Below are positions 22,977-35,859 of a stretch of 64,000 bases of DNA, piece by piece (the stretch's first letter is position 1; every line of letters begins with the position of its first letter). The translations under genes were made by a program, and so were the position numbers. The notes under the pieces are model-generated. The model ran no database searches, was not told the DNA's origin, and saw only the letters and a program-made list of their open reading frames with translations. Origin of the DNA: Malacoraja senta (taxonomy: Eukaryota); contig JAXLNO010000153.1 of assembly GCA_038087875.1 (NCBI GenBank), positions 1 to 64,000 of the forward strand. Reading direction: 5' to 3'.

Positions 22977-24168
22977 ACACCCCTTCCCCAGACCTTTCCT
23001 TTCCGGTGACTTTGTCTGAATAAAGGTCTCGACCCGAAACCTGAGTTACTCCAGCATTTTGTGTTTATCTTCTCAAAATTAGGACTCTTTTCCAATCATC
23101 CCTGCAGAAGCATCTGCCAGTTCCCCTCCACAAGCAACAGATGTGGTGTTTTCATTTATTAGGTTTACTATTGTCACAGATATAGCGGAAAGCTTTGTTT
23201 TGCTTTGTAATCCATCACACAGATTAGACTCTCCATCATTTACATTTCACGATGTATCGGAAAAGCTGCCAACATAATCAAAGACTTGTCCCACCTTGGA
23301 CATTCCTCCTACCAGCTCTCAGCGAACAAAAAGATTCAGAAGCTTGAATGTGCACACCCCCAGACTCTGGAATAGCTTCTTTCTCCATTGCTATCAGGCT
23401 TCTGAGCAGTATCATTCTTATTGATGTGGAATTAGAGTTATTCTGGAAAGTTAGGGTGAAGAAACGCGCTTGAGATGGAAAGTGAACATTAAACTTCTAA
23501 GTTGGAAAAACTATGGACTTTTAATCTCAATTTGTACACTATCTCAGAGTCATGAAATGTGGCCAGAGGAATGAATATAGATAGAGGGGGGGAGGGCTGG
23601 CGTGGAATTATGGGCACGCATTCCAGGTGGAGAGAGGGGCAGGGGTCGGGGGAGCGGGGAGAAGTGACATATCTAGCTGATTTGATTTAATAAATGTTGT
23701 TCTTGGCTTTGATAGCAATTGATTTTTATGATTTCTGCATTTAATTACAGAGTTCCAATGTCCGTTTGTGAAAAATATGGTTGAGGAGTGATGGCTTATA
23801 ACTTAGATAATTAGTACAGAGACCTGCCAGTAAATTGATATGTTAAAGAAAAAACGGTGCTAGAAATCTGAAACAAAGTGATGATTGCCACACAATGCAC
23901 AGCTAATCATTTAGCATCAGTGGACTCTCCACTGACGTGCTGAGTGTATCATTCAACATTTTCTATGTTCAACATCTGTCAGCCTTGGTAGAACACACCT
24001 GCCTTTGAATATCAATAATACACATGATTTCTATCTGCTCACTTACTTTGCACTTCAAGCCATTAATCCTTTTTTGTTTGCACGGAATATCAATGTTTGT
24101 TATTTCTAACTTTGCAAGTAATTTCTAATGAACGTTGGTTGATATAAGCTTTCTTCATTTTGTTGCAG

Positions 24169-24275
24169 AGAATTATCTTTTTGTTTGGCGGTTTTGTAGC
24201 CATATTTTTGCCGAACATGTTTAGCCTCATGAGGCAGTCCTGCAGTTGGATCACATGTCAACAAGAACCTGACGG
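24169..24275 (+). CDS. Candidate internal exon
   Basis: Acceptor tttcttcattttgttgcAG and donor GG|GTATGA. One open frame, RIIFLFGGFVAIFLPNMFSLMRQSCSWITCQQEPD, in phase with ATG 22065. Confidence 0.35.
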
Positions 24276-24319
24276 GTATGATTTAAACATATGATTCCTG
24301 TTAGCAGTGAATATTTCAA

Positions 24320-25025
24320 TATACGATATGATCTGATAGAACTTTATTTATCCCAGGACGGAAATTGATCTGCCAACATTAATAAAAACACAAAATACAC
24401 AAAACATTAAATTAATGTGATGAGTGGAAAGACTTGGGGATGTGCAGGGATGGGGAGGGGAGTCGAGTTAGTCTCAGTTTACCCCACGACAGAAGGGGAA
24501 GGAGAGGTACAGTTTGATAGCCACAGGGAAGAACGATTTCCTGTGGCGTTCTGTCCTACATCTTGGTGGAACCAGTCTATTGCTGAAGGAACTCCTCAGG
24601 TTGACCAGTGTGTCATGGAGGGGGTGAGCTGTACTGTCCAGGATGCTCCGCAGTTTGAGGAGCATGCTCTCCTCCGAGACCACCACCAATGAATCCAACT
24701 CGACCCCCAGGACAGAGCCAGCCTTCCTGATAAGTTTGTTAATCCTATTGGAGTCCGCAGCCTTCGCCCTGCTGCCCCAGCACACGGCAGCGAAGAAGAT
24801 GGCAATGGCTACCACCAATTGGTAGAACATCTGCAACATCTTACTGCAGACTTCGAAGGAGCCGAGTCTTCTCAAAAAGTACAGCCGGCTCTGTCAGTCC
24901 CTTGTACAGGGCCTCAGCGTTCCTGGACCAGTCCAGTTTACTGTCCAGGTACACTCCAAAGTATTTGTACTCCCTGGTAAACTGCACATTCACACCATTG
25001 ATGGAGACAGGGGACAGGGATTTGA
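24320..25025 (-). mobile_element. Rex1-clade LINE 3' fragment
   Basis: ORF 24474..24875 (RRLGSF..C..ML.MFY, CWGS, HPLH, RCRTER...SFFP.AI). Confidence 0.85.
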
Positions 25026-25299
25026 CTGGATGAAAAGAAAATATATAAATTTCAACTGGGTTTGAAAATTCCCCTTGTATGATAATTTCAATGTAATAAA
25101 GGAAAAGATGTTTTCAAAATTAACTTCCCTCAAAGGCATGGACTGGTTTTCAAAACTGTTTATATCAATGATCCCAATCAATATGTGAGTCAGCAACATA
25201 AATTATACAGTCAAATCAAAAGAATTCAACCACTTCTAATGTTAAATGTTTAATAATCCATTTGTATACTTCAATATTTTCAATGCTTTAATTTCAAAT

Positions 25300-26432
25300 C
25301 AAATCAAATCAAAATCTAAAACTTTATTTGCCATTTGTGCTTACACACATAGGAACTCTTGTGCGGTTGTTCAGAGAGTCAAGTCAAGTTAAAAAGACAC
25401 ACAGAAAGACACATAATGTATAAACTATAAACACATATACTATGATATGTTATGAGGTGGGTCAGGACATCAGTTCATTTTGTTTTGGCCAAGAGTCTCA
25501 CTGTGGCAGGGAAGAAGCTCTTGAAAAAGCGTGTTCTGTTTGTGGCGATGCTGTCCGCTCGTCTGTGCCTGAGGTTGTATGTGCAGTTTTTGTGTTTGAG
25601 CAGGGAGTGAGCTGGATGTAGTGTGTCTCTGATGATTCTCTCTGCTCTTTTTTGACAGAGCTGTGTGTAGATTGTTTCCATGGAGGGAAGTTCCGTTCTG
25701 ATAATCCTCTCTGCAGTCTTTATGACTCTTTGCAGAGCCTTCCTCTCTGTCTGTGTGGTGTTTCCATACCACACCGTAATGCCTGTGGTGAGGATGCTCT
25801 CTATCAGTCCTTTGTAGACCTGGGTGAGACGGCGACAGTGCAGACCAGCTTTTCTGAGCAGCCTGATGAAGTACAGTCTCTGCTGGGCTTTTTTCACTGT
25901 TGCGGCAGTGTTCAAAGTCCAGTTCAGATCTGATGTTACTTGTAATCCCAGGTATCTGTAACTGTCAGCCCTCTCCACCACAGTCCCCTTGATGATGAGG
26001 GGCTGCAGGGGGGGTGGATTTTTTCTGGTCCATTATTATTTCTCTTGTCTTGTCTGTGTTGAGGCTTAGGTCGTTCACCTCACCATAGGCAAGAATGTCA
26101 TTCACCAGATTCCTGTAGCCCGACTCGTCCCCCCCCTTGATGAGGCCCAGGATGGTGGTGTCATCCGCATACTTAATAATGATGGTATTTTCCTGGGTGG
26201 AGACACAGTCGTGTGTGTACAGGGTGAAAAGTTTGGGATTGAGACAGCAGCCTTGTGGTGGTCCTGTGCTGACAGTGAGCTCTGCAGACACCCTCCTTCC
26301 CATCCTCACCACCTGTGGTCTTTCAGTCAGGAAATCCAAGATCCAGTTGCAGGTGGGAGTCGGGACGCCGAGGTCTGTCAGCTTCTCAATCAGCCTGCCC
26401 GGGCGAATGGTATTAAAAGCCGAACTGTAATC
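25300..26432 (-). mobile_element. Rex1/Babar-clade LINE fragment
   Basis: [40 protein letters not shown]; (TTTGA)n tail at ~25293-25313. Confidence 0.88.
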
Positions 26433-27137
26433 CAGGAACAGCGTTTATGTAGTATCCATGTACATTTGCTTAAGCTTAATCTATTAACATTGCTTAAATG
26501 CCTGTGTGCGAAAGACAAGTGGATATCAATGAAGAAAAGTATTTATTTATCTCTTAGCTAATGATATTAGCATCTGGCAGCCAAGATATTCAAAAAAAGT
26601 ATTGTGAATGGTGCCAATAAATAATAGCGTGTGTTCTATTGTCTTTATTATTTTTGTAACCCTTAATATAATTTGCCATTAAATTTGTCAGTGGAGTTAG
26701 AAACATTTTCTGTGGATCGAATGCCACAGTTTATCTTCCTTCCCTCCAACCAATCGTAAGTGCTAATCTGGTACAGATATTAGCTCCAACTGTCTTGTGT
26801 TGCCTTGCCCCTGAAATGTATAGCAATACATTAATGCCAATTCGGCCTCATCCAGTGTACAGCTGAGACCTAGCCTTGGCATGTTTCTAACAACCTTTCA
26901 CAAAGCAAAACTCCCCTCGGTTTTCCCTGCTGTCAAGTCTGTAAGAATGTTTACATTTGTCTGGTTATCAAAGTTCTTTACAGCCTATTTGAATTATTTT
27001 TATATTTCCAGGATAGGAATTTGGGTTCAGTTTATTGGGGATTTCCTATTCAATCATGGTTGATCTCCGCCTCCTAATCCCATTTTCCTGCCTTCTCCCC
27101 ATAACCCTTGACACCTGTTCTAATCAAGAGTTCGGGT

Positions 27138-27875
27138 TGTTACGAGAATGCTGTTTGAATCATAAAAACTTGTAGTTGCTCAGTCCTGTATTGTTCCTTT
27201 CTATCTCCTTCCCAAAATCCCCCCTCTCCCCTGCTCCCACCCTTCTGGCCTACATCTGAGATACCTCTCACACTCTTCAACACATCAGTAACTTTCAATT
27301 CCTAGGTCCCCATTCACTCATCTTCACCACGGACCTTCAGTCCCTTTATACTTCTATTCCCCACCAGGAAGGTCATGGAGCCCTCGGGTTCCTCCTCCAG
27401 AGACCCATTCAGTTCCCCTCTGTTTACACTCTCCTCCACCTGGTGGAACTTGTCCTCGCTGTCAACATCTTTCCTTTTGACTCTTTTTACTTTCTTCAAG
27501 TTAAAGGTGTAACCATGGGCAGCACCTTGGCCCCAGCAATGCATTTCTTTTCATTGGTTATAATCAAACAATCCTTATTCCAAACATACACTACTGCTCC
27601 ACTCTTTCTCCACTGCATCAGGGCTGGGGTGGATGATTGCAACCTTCACGTGTTCTATCCTGTTTCGACGAATGCAATCAACCTGGCGTGGACAATCAAG
27701 TAAGAACAAGTTGTCCTGCAACTTTAGGCTGTGCACGCCATACGCTAGAAGAAGAAGAAGATTCAGGCCTGTGCCAATAATGAACTTGCTGATTTCATTA
27801 ACTTTACCAGTAACTTCCACCTTGTCCTCAAATTCACTTGGAACATCTCTGACATCGCTCTCCCCTTTCATGATC
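27138..27875 (+). mobile_element. Decayed Penelope RT fragment, with a small LINE-tail insert at ~27620-27765
   Basis: DLQSLY, FLQVKGVTMGS, LKFTWNISD; homologous to ~52340-52920. Confidence 0.7.
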
Positions 27876-27877
27876 AA

Positions 27878-30800
27878 TTAAAGGATTTCTCCATTTAGTG
27901 AGGAATTCCAACGTTTTTCTGGAACGCCGTGGGAGCGGCAGTGGCTGACGGATTGCCAAGACTGCCTGGAGACCGGGAGTAGGGAAGTCGCTGTGTTTTT
28001 GTCCTTTCTAACACCGGATCGTTGCTCCCATATTGTTTTGCCAAGAGCAGGCTGCCTGGGCTTAAGGAAGAGAAGGTACATTTTGCTTCCGGCAGTTTGT
28101 GGAGGCTCGGAAGGGCTGTGAAAAGCCTCCCAAGAGCTACTCTTTGCAGTCAAGTTGAGCGCGGGCATTTCCTTGCTTGGCTGGAGAGAAGTGCTTCTGT
28201 TGCTTTTTTGGACTGTGGCTGACTCTGAGATTGCTCTTGAGCTGAGACTGCTGGTGCCCCTGGTGCTGGTTTTGTATCCCTGTCAGGATGGCGGCGTCTC
28301 GGGCTCGGAGTTACACTTTCGGCTGTGGCTTCGGCGTCAATCGAGGATGAGCCTTATGTTGACGGGTGGAGAAAAACACAGGATCTCGGTGCAAACCAGG
28401 TTCCGGTGGAACAGGGTTGCAATAACAAAGGGTCTGCAAGATCTTTTCAAGAAGGATGTGATTGCCTCTGCCGAGGTTGTAGGGATGAAGTGTGAGATGA
28501 CATTAAAGTCTCAGGAAGATGTGGCCTTAGCTCTGGAGAAGGGGCTGACAGTGGGGGGGATCTTTCTACTGGTGGAACCGTGGGTGTCGACTGTGAGACC
28601 GGGTCTCCTGCGCTGCGTTCCCACATTCATCCGGGATGCGCTCCTTCTTCCAATAGACAATAGGTGCAGGAGTAGGACATTCGGCCCTTCGAGCCAGCAC
28701 CGCCATTCAATGTGATCATGGCTGATCATCTCCCATCAGTACCCCGCTCCTGCCTTCTCCCCACATCCCCTGACTCCGCTATTTTTAAGAGCCCTATCTA
28801 GCTCTCTCTTGAAAGCATCTAGAGAACCTGCCTCCACCGCCCTCTGAGGCAGAGAATTCCACAGACTCACCACTCTCTGTGAGAAAAAGTGTTTCCTCGT
28901 CTCTGTTCTAAATGGCTTACTCCTTATTCTTAAACTGTGGCCCCTGGTTCCTGACTCCCCCAACATTGGGAACATGTTTCCTGCCTCTAGCGTGGCCAAA
29001 CCCATAACAATCTTACATGTTTCAATGAGATCACCTCTCATCCTTCTAAACTCCAGAGTATACAAGCCCAGGTGCTCCATTCTCTCAGCATATGACAGTC
29101 CCGCCATCCCGGGAATTAACCTTGTAAACCTACGCTGCACTCCCTCAATAGCAAGAATGTCCTTCCTCAAATTAGGGGACCAAAACTGCACACAATACTC
29201 CAGGTGTGGTCTCATTAGGGCTCTGTACAACTGCAGAAGGACCTATATTCGAATCCTCTTGTTATAAAGGCCAACATGCCATTTGCTTTCTTCACTGCCT
29301 GCTGTACCTGCATGTTTACTTTCATAGACTGATGAACAAGGACCCCCAGATCCCGTTGTACTTCCCCTTTTCCCAACTTGACACCACTTAGATAGTAATC
29401 TGCCTTCCTGTTTTTTCTACCAAAGTGGATAACCTCACATTTATCCGCATTAAACTTCATCTGCTATGCATCTGCCCACTCCACCAACCTGTCCAAGTCA
29501 CCCTGCATTCTCATAGCATCCTCCTCACAGTTCACACTGCCACCCAGCTTTGTGTCATCTGCAAATTTGCTAATGTTACTTTGAATCCCTTCATCCACAT
29601 CATACCTGGCTAAGATTGGGGAGTTGCGGTCTAGGCTGACTAGGCTCATGCAGCCATGGAGTGACGCGTGTCTCAAAGGGATCTTGAGTTTCAAGAGGCG
29701 GGTGTTCATGAAGGTGGGAGTGGAGGTGGGCGCGGAGGGGAGCTTCGTTGTGGAGTATGATGGTGACCCCTACCGCGTTTGTTGGGGTTGGGGAGAGGCA
29801 CGGTGCAAAGATTTAGTACATTTTCCTAGGGATTGTCCCAATCGGCAGGCTAATGTGAGAAATAAGTGCAGGAGTAGGCCATTCGGCCTTTCGACCCAAC
29901 GCAGCGGCTAGGGGAATGCACTGCTGGCCCTTCCGGGGCTGCCAGTTCTGCCTCGGTGACCCGGGGATGCACTGCTGGCCCAGCTGGGGCTGCCAGCTCC
30001 ACCTCGGCGGCCCAGGTCTGTGCTGGTCCCCGCCCCCCACGTCCCGAACCTGTGGCGGTGGTTGATGGCGAGGCGCAGGGGAAGGGCGAGGGGGAGGATG
30101 AGGAATGGCAGGTGCAGGAGTAGAAGAAGCCCAGACCTGAGCCCAACCATAGGGTGCCTGTTGGCCCCGGAGAGGTCCAAGAGGTACCTGGTGGGCTGCA
30201 GCAAGGAGCTGAGGAGGTTCAGAAGTGGGCACGGGAGGTTCAGAAGGGAGCTGGGGAGGTTGAACTAGGTGGTGGAAAAGAGGTAGCTGGTAGTGTGGAG
30301 GAGGAGGACCCTTCCCCTATGGAGGTTACTGCAGTGCCGCACGTCAGAGTGACTAAAATAAGGCGTGAGCCCGGTGAGGGAGAGCAAGGCCCTGGGCCCA
30401 AAGTCAGGGGGCAGCCGACCTCGAGACCTTCCACCCCTGTTGAGGCCGGTGGCCCAGGACTAGTGTCCTCTGGGTCGGAGATTGTCCCTTCGGTTCAGGG
30501 GTCTTCGGAGGGTGTTATCGCATCAGTTATTGGGGTTGGATCCCCTGGAAATGTGTCCTCTGAGGCGGAGGTTGATCCTTCGTTTCAGGGGCCTTCGGAG
30601 GGTGTTATCGCATCAGTTATTGGGGTTGGCTCACCTGGAAATGTGTCCCCTGAGAATGAGGATGAGCAGAGATAATTCAATGGGGGGGGCGTCTCGGTAG
30701 TAGGGACGGTTTGCCAGCCTGTGCTCCACATAAGAGCCACTAGGGTTGCTGAGGGGTCTGCTGCCCCACAGGCTGAGGTAGTAGGGAGACTTCAGAAACA

Positions 30801-32556
30801 CCAGCTCCTTCTATGGGCCATAGTGAGGTTTCTTCCTTGGTGGTGGAGGGTGGAGACTCTCTGGGTGTTGCCGTTGGAGCGGGTACCCTTGGTGCAGAGG
30901 GGGACGGGGCTGTTTCGGGTTGTGACCCTCATTCAGATTCCGGGGTTGCCTGTGCACCACGGGCCCTGGGGGTGCCTCTTGTTGTTTCTTCCCCAGGCCC
31001 AGATGTAGGGGGGGTGGGAGAGTGCAGGAGCCTGACCTCTCACCGGACGGCTCATCGTTGTCAGAAGTATCGGGGCCCTCCCTCGACATTGATCCCGGGG
31101 GTAGGATCATGCTGGAGGAGGGGGAGCATGTTGTGACCAGCTTGCGCAGTGGGGTGAGCGAGCTGGCAGCTTGTTGCAGTCCTCCGAACTCAGACGATGA
31201 CCCTGAGCGTAGTGAGGAGGAAGTTGTTGCTTCAGGTGTTAGTGGGTTGGCGGATTGGCCGGATTCCAGTGCTGTGTCTCGAAGAATGTAATCTGGGAGA
31301 TTCGGCAGTTTCTGAAAACAAGCATGTGTCCTAGGACCAGATTCAAGTCAGCTGGGAGGCAGTGGCCTGACCTGCCGGTGCTTATCAGTCACTGGGTACT
31401 ATCCTTGGCAGTAAAGAGAGTGGTCTTTGCGAGTCTGAGAAGAGTCAGTTCGGGGACTTTTTGAAGTTCCTAAGAGAGAGGGGGCGCTCCCGTGAGGAGT
31501 GCGTGGAAAAAACCCTAGTGTGTTTTCAACATGAAGATCACAGTTGCTAGCCTAAATATAAATGGTGGAAGGGGGGACTTTTGTAGATTACAACATCTAT
31601 CAGTCCTCAGAGAGGGGAAATATGCAGTGAGTTTTCTGCAAGAGACGCATACTGTTGTCAGTGATGAACCCACCTGGCGAATGGAGTGGGAAGGGTGGGT
31701 CTACTTGAGCCATCTCAGCACTAATTCGAGTGGGGTGGCTTTCCTGTTTGTCCCGACTTTCCAGCCAGAGATCCTGAAGGTGCAGGAAGTTGTGCCAGGC
31801 CGTTTGCTCTATCTGGCCGTGAGCCTGGATGGCATGCCATTACATTTCATTAACGTGTACGCCCCCAGCACCGGCAAGATGCAGGTGTGTCTACTTCAGG
31901 AGGTGACTGCTCTGCTGAGCAATATTGATTGAGAAGATTGTGTCTTCCTTTGGGGGGGCCTGGGGTGGAGAGTGTTGCTCAGAGCCGTGGTGTGTAATAA
32001 ACTTTTGAGTCGGTTCAAGGGCTCGCCGGCCACCTGTATTTTCTGTGGCGAGGTAGAGACCGTGTTCCATGTGTATAAGGAATGTGAGAGGTTGCTGCCA
32101 ATGTACCAATATCTGAAGGGGCTGCTCCTCAAGTTCTGGTTGCATTTTAGTCCCACGATCTTGGTCGTTTGGGCACAAGGCAGGTAGTGGGGAGGGACGA
32201 TCGGGGGGGGGGGGGGTGAGATCTCCCTGTCGGTTTGCTCCTGGGCCTGGCAAAGATGGCCATTCGTGGGTCCAAGCAGTGGGCGGTCGATGGTCACACC
32301 AGAGTCGGCTGCCTGCCCCTCCTCCAGGCCTATGTCCATGCTCGCGAGTCCCTGGAGAGGGAACACGCGGTGTCCATGGGGACTCTGGAGGCCTTCCGTG
32401 AACGCTGGTCACTGCGGGGGCTCGAGAGCATTGTTAATATTGATTGCACAATTGTGTTATAATGTCTGCTTGATGTATTGTAACCATTGAACGGTTATGT
32501 ACTTTGGGCACGCTGTAATGTGTAATTGCTGAATAAAGTTCTTGGAAAGAAAAAAA
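27878..32556 (+). mobile_element. Tx1-like L1-clade LINE with decayed gag-like ORF1 and internally deleted ORF2
   Basis: ORF1 remnants VPTFI...YDGDPYRV..HF.RDCP; ORF2 start 31531 MKITVASLNING..FLQETH..SGVAFLF..INVYAP; C-terminal CIFCGEVETVFHVYKEC; AATAAA at 32532 followed by an A-rich tail. Confidence 0.8.
28652..29600 (-). mobile_element. CR1 3' fragment inserted in the Tx1 ORF1
   Basis: ORFs 28736..29230 and 29215..29460, KFADDTKL, CR1 3' UTR with CTATTGT tail. Confidence 0.92.
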
Positions 32557-32944
32557 GAGAGGAAGGGGAGAGGGAGAGGGCATGACCCTTGACTCCTGTT
32601 CTAATCAGAGTTTGGGTCAATTTGAAAGTTTGCAACTTAAGACGTAGTTGCTGGACTTTGACTTAGACTTAATTCCTCCCACACTGTTGAGTTCATTGGT
32701 CAGCAAGCTTTCGCCATTCTGTTCGCTCATGTGCACCGTCTTCCACCCTCGATAGGTTCGCGTCCCGGGCTTCCAAATCTTTCTGGAATGTTCACCTCCA
32801 TATGAGTTTTGGTCGGCCTGTTTTCCTTCTTCCGTCAGGTTGTCATTGCTATCTTAGGTGCACGTTCTGGTGACATTCTGAGTACATGTCGTGCAGATTT
32901 CATCCTGCGTACATCTATGTCCTGGCTGAGAGGCTTTGTTGCAG

Positions 32945-33034
32945 TTTCCCGGTAGACAAATGCATTCTTGGGTGTCTTTCCTTTGAGAACCATCAACTTT
33001 CAAGAGGTACAGCTGTATCAATTGCTGAACTGAA
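32945..33034 (+). CDS. Candidate internal exon
   Basis: ttgttgcAG acceptor and weak AA|GTATGA donor. Open frame FPVDKCILGCLSFENHQLSRGTAVSIAEL, phase-compatible with exon 24169-24275. Confidence 0.25.
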
Positions 33035-33149
33035 GTATGAGCAATCAGTGTTAAAGAAGGAACTGCAGATGCTGGAAAATCGAAGGTACACAAAAATGCT
33101 GGAGAAACTCAGCGGGTGCAGCAGCATCTATGGAGCGAAGGAAATAGGC

Positions 33150-33177
33150 AACGTTTCGGGCCGAAACCCTTCTTCAG
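33150..33177 (-). ncRNA. Minimal type I hammerhead ribozyme core
   Basis: CUGAAGA-A-GGGU(UUCG)GCCC-GAAA-C-GUU on the minus strand. Confidence 0.7.
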
Positions 33178-34148
33178 ACTGATAGGGGGTGGGGAGAAGA
33201 AAGGAAAAAAGGAAAAAGGCGGAGGAGGAGCCCGAGGGCTGGGGGTGGGGAGGAGACAACCAGAGGGCTGATGAAGGGGAGGGGACAGCAAGGGCTAGCA
33301 GAATTGGGAGAATTCAATATTCAAGCCCCCAGGATGTAGACTGCCCAGGTGCATTTCCTCCAATTTACGGTGTTGCTCGCTGTGGCCATGGAGGAGACCC
33401 AGGATAGAGAGGTCAGATACGGAATGGGAGGGGGAGTTGAAGTGCTGAGCCACCGGGAGGTCAAGTTGGTTATTGCGGACCGACCGGAGGTGTTCGGCGA
33501 AACGATCGCCAAGCCTCCGCTTGGTCTCACCGATGTAGATCAGCTGGCATCTAGAGCAGCGGATGCAATAGATGAGGTTGGAGGAGATGCAGGTGAACCT
33601 CTGTCGCACCTGGAACAACTGCTTGGGTCCTTGAATGGAGTCGAGGGGGGAGGTGAAGGGACAAGTGTTGCATCTCTTGCGGTTGCAAGGGAAAGTACCA
33701 GGGGAGGCGGTGGTATAGGAGGGAAGGGAAGAATTGACAAGGGAGTTACGGAGGGAGCGGTCTTTGCAGAAGGCAGACATGGGGGGAGATGGGAAGATGT
33801 GGCGAGTGGTGGGGTCACGTTGGAGGTGGCGAAACTGACGGAGGATCACTTGTTGTATGTGACGGCTGGTGGGGTGAAAGGTGAGGACTAGGGGGACTCT
33901 GCCCTTGTTTGGAGTGGGGGGATGGGGAGAGAGAGCAGTGTTGCGGGGTATGGCAGAGACCCTGGTGCGAGCCTCATCTATGGTGGAGGAGGGGAACCCC
34001 CGTTCCCTGAAGAATGAGGACATTTCAGATGCCCTGGTGTGGAACGCCTCATCCTGGGAGCAGATGCGGCGTAGACGGAGGAATTGGGAGTGGGGGATGG
34101 AGTCCTTACAGGAAGCAGGGTGGGAAGAAGTGTAGTCCAGATAGCCAT

Positions 34149-34493
34149 AATAATAATAATAATAATAATAATGGATGGGATTTATATAGCGCCTTTCTAA
34201 TACTCAAGGCGCTTTACATCGCATTATTCATTCACTCCTCAGTCACACTCAGTGGTGGTGAGCTACTTCTGTAGCCACAGCTGCCCTGGGGCAGACTGAC
34301 GGAAGCGTGGCTGCTAATCTGCGCCTACGGCCCCTCCGACCACCACCAATCACTCACACACATTCACACGCAGGCAAAGGTGGGTGAAGTATCTTGCCCA
34401 AGGACACAACGACAGTATGCACTCCAAGCGGGATTCGAACCGGCTACCTTCCGGTTGCCAGCCGAACACTTAGCCCATTGCGCCATCTGTCGC
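34149..34493 (-). mobile_element. tRNA-derived CORE-type SINE with L2-like 3' tail, inserted in the Penelope RT
   Basis: A/B boxes (TGGCGCAATGG, GGTTCGAATCCC), CORE-like GTGTCCTTGGGCAAGATACTT, AAGCGCCTTGAG...GCGCTATATAAAT(TAT)n tail, CCAT on both sides. Confidence 0.85.
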
Positions 34494-35831
34494 CCATGGG
34501 AGTCGGTGGGTTTGTAGTGGATGTCGGTAAGGAGTCTATCACCTTCGATGGAGATAGTGAGGTCAAGGAATGGTAGGGAAGTGTCGGAAATGGTCCAGGT
34601 GTATTTGAGTGCCGGATGGAAGTTGGTGGTGAAGCGGATGAAGTCAGTCAGTTGTGTGTGGGTGCAGGATGTGGCACCAAAACAATCATCGATGTAGCGG
34701 AGGTAGAGGTCGGGGATGGGGCCCTGGTACGCATTGAACAAGGATTGTTCTACGTACCCGACAAAGAGGCAGGCGTAGCTGGGGCCCATGCGTGTGCCCA
34801 TAGCTACGCCTTGTATTTGGAGGAAATGGGAGGAGTCAAATGAAAAGTTATTAAGTGTAAGGACCAGCTCCGCTAGGCGGAGGAGGGTGTCAGTGGCCGG
34901 GTATAGGTTGCTTCTACGGTCGAGGAAAAAACGGAGGGCTTCGAGACCATCCTGGTGGGGGATGGAGGTGTACAATGACTGGACGTCCATGGTGAAGATG
35001 AGGGGGTGAGGGCCTAGAGAGTGGAATGCGCGGAGACGACGGAGAGTGTCTGAGGTGTCTTAAACATAGGTAGGGAGGGATTTAACCAAGGGGGATAGGA
35101 TGGAGTCCTCACCTTTCCTCACCTTTCACCCCACCAGCCGTCACATACAACAAGTGATCCTCCGTCAGTTTCGCCACCTCCAACGTGACCCCGCCACTCG
35201 CCACATCTTCCCATCTCCCCCCATGTCTGCCTTCCGCAAAGACCGCTCCCTCCGTAACTCCCTTGTCAATTCTTCCCTTCCCTCCACCCCCTCCCCTGGT
35301 ACTTTCCCTTGCAACCGCAAGAGATGCAACACTTGTCCCTTCACCTCCCCCCTCGAATCCATTCAAGGAACCAAGCAGTCGTTCCAGGTGCGACAGAGGT
35401 TCACCTGCATCTCCTCCAACCTCATCTATTGCATCCGCTCCTCTGGATGCCAGCTGATCTACATCGGTGAGACCAAGCGGAGGCTTGGCGATCGTTTCGC
35501 CGAACACCTCCGGTCGGTCCGCAATAACCAACTTGACCTCCCGGTGGCTCAGCACTTCAACTCCCCTTCCCATTCCGTATCTGACCTCTCTATCCTGGGT
35601 CTCCTCCATGGCCACAGCGAGCAACACCGTAAATTGGAGGAAATGCACCTCATATTCCGCTTGGGCAGTCTACATCCTGGGGGCTTGAACATTGAATTCT
35701 CCCAATTCTGCTAGCCCTTGCTGTCCCCTCCCCTTCATCAGCCCTCTGGTTGTCTCCTCCCCTCCCCCAGCCCTCGGGCTCCTCCTCCGCCTTTTTCCTT
35801 TTTTCCTTTCTTCTCCCCACCCCCTATCAGT

Positions 35832-35859
35832 CTGAAGAAGGGTTTCGGCCCGAAACGTT
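35832..35859 (+). ncRNA. Minimal type I hammerhead ribozyme core
   Basis: CTGAAGAAGGGTTTCGGCCCGAAACGTT: CUGANGA box, helix II with UUCG loop, GAAA, palindromic AACGUU helix III, NUH triplet. Confidence 0.7.
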
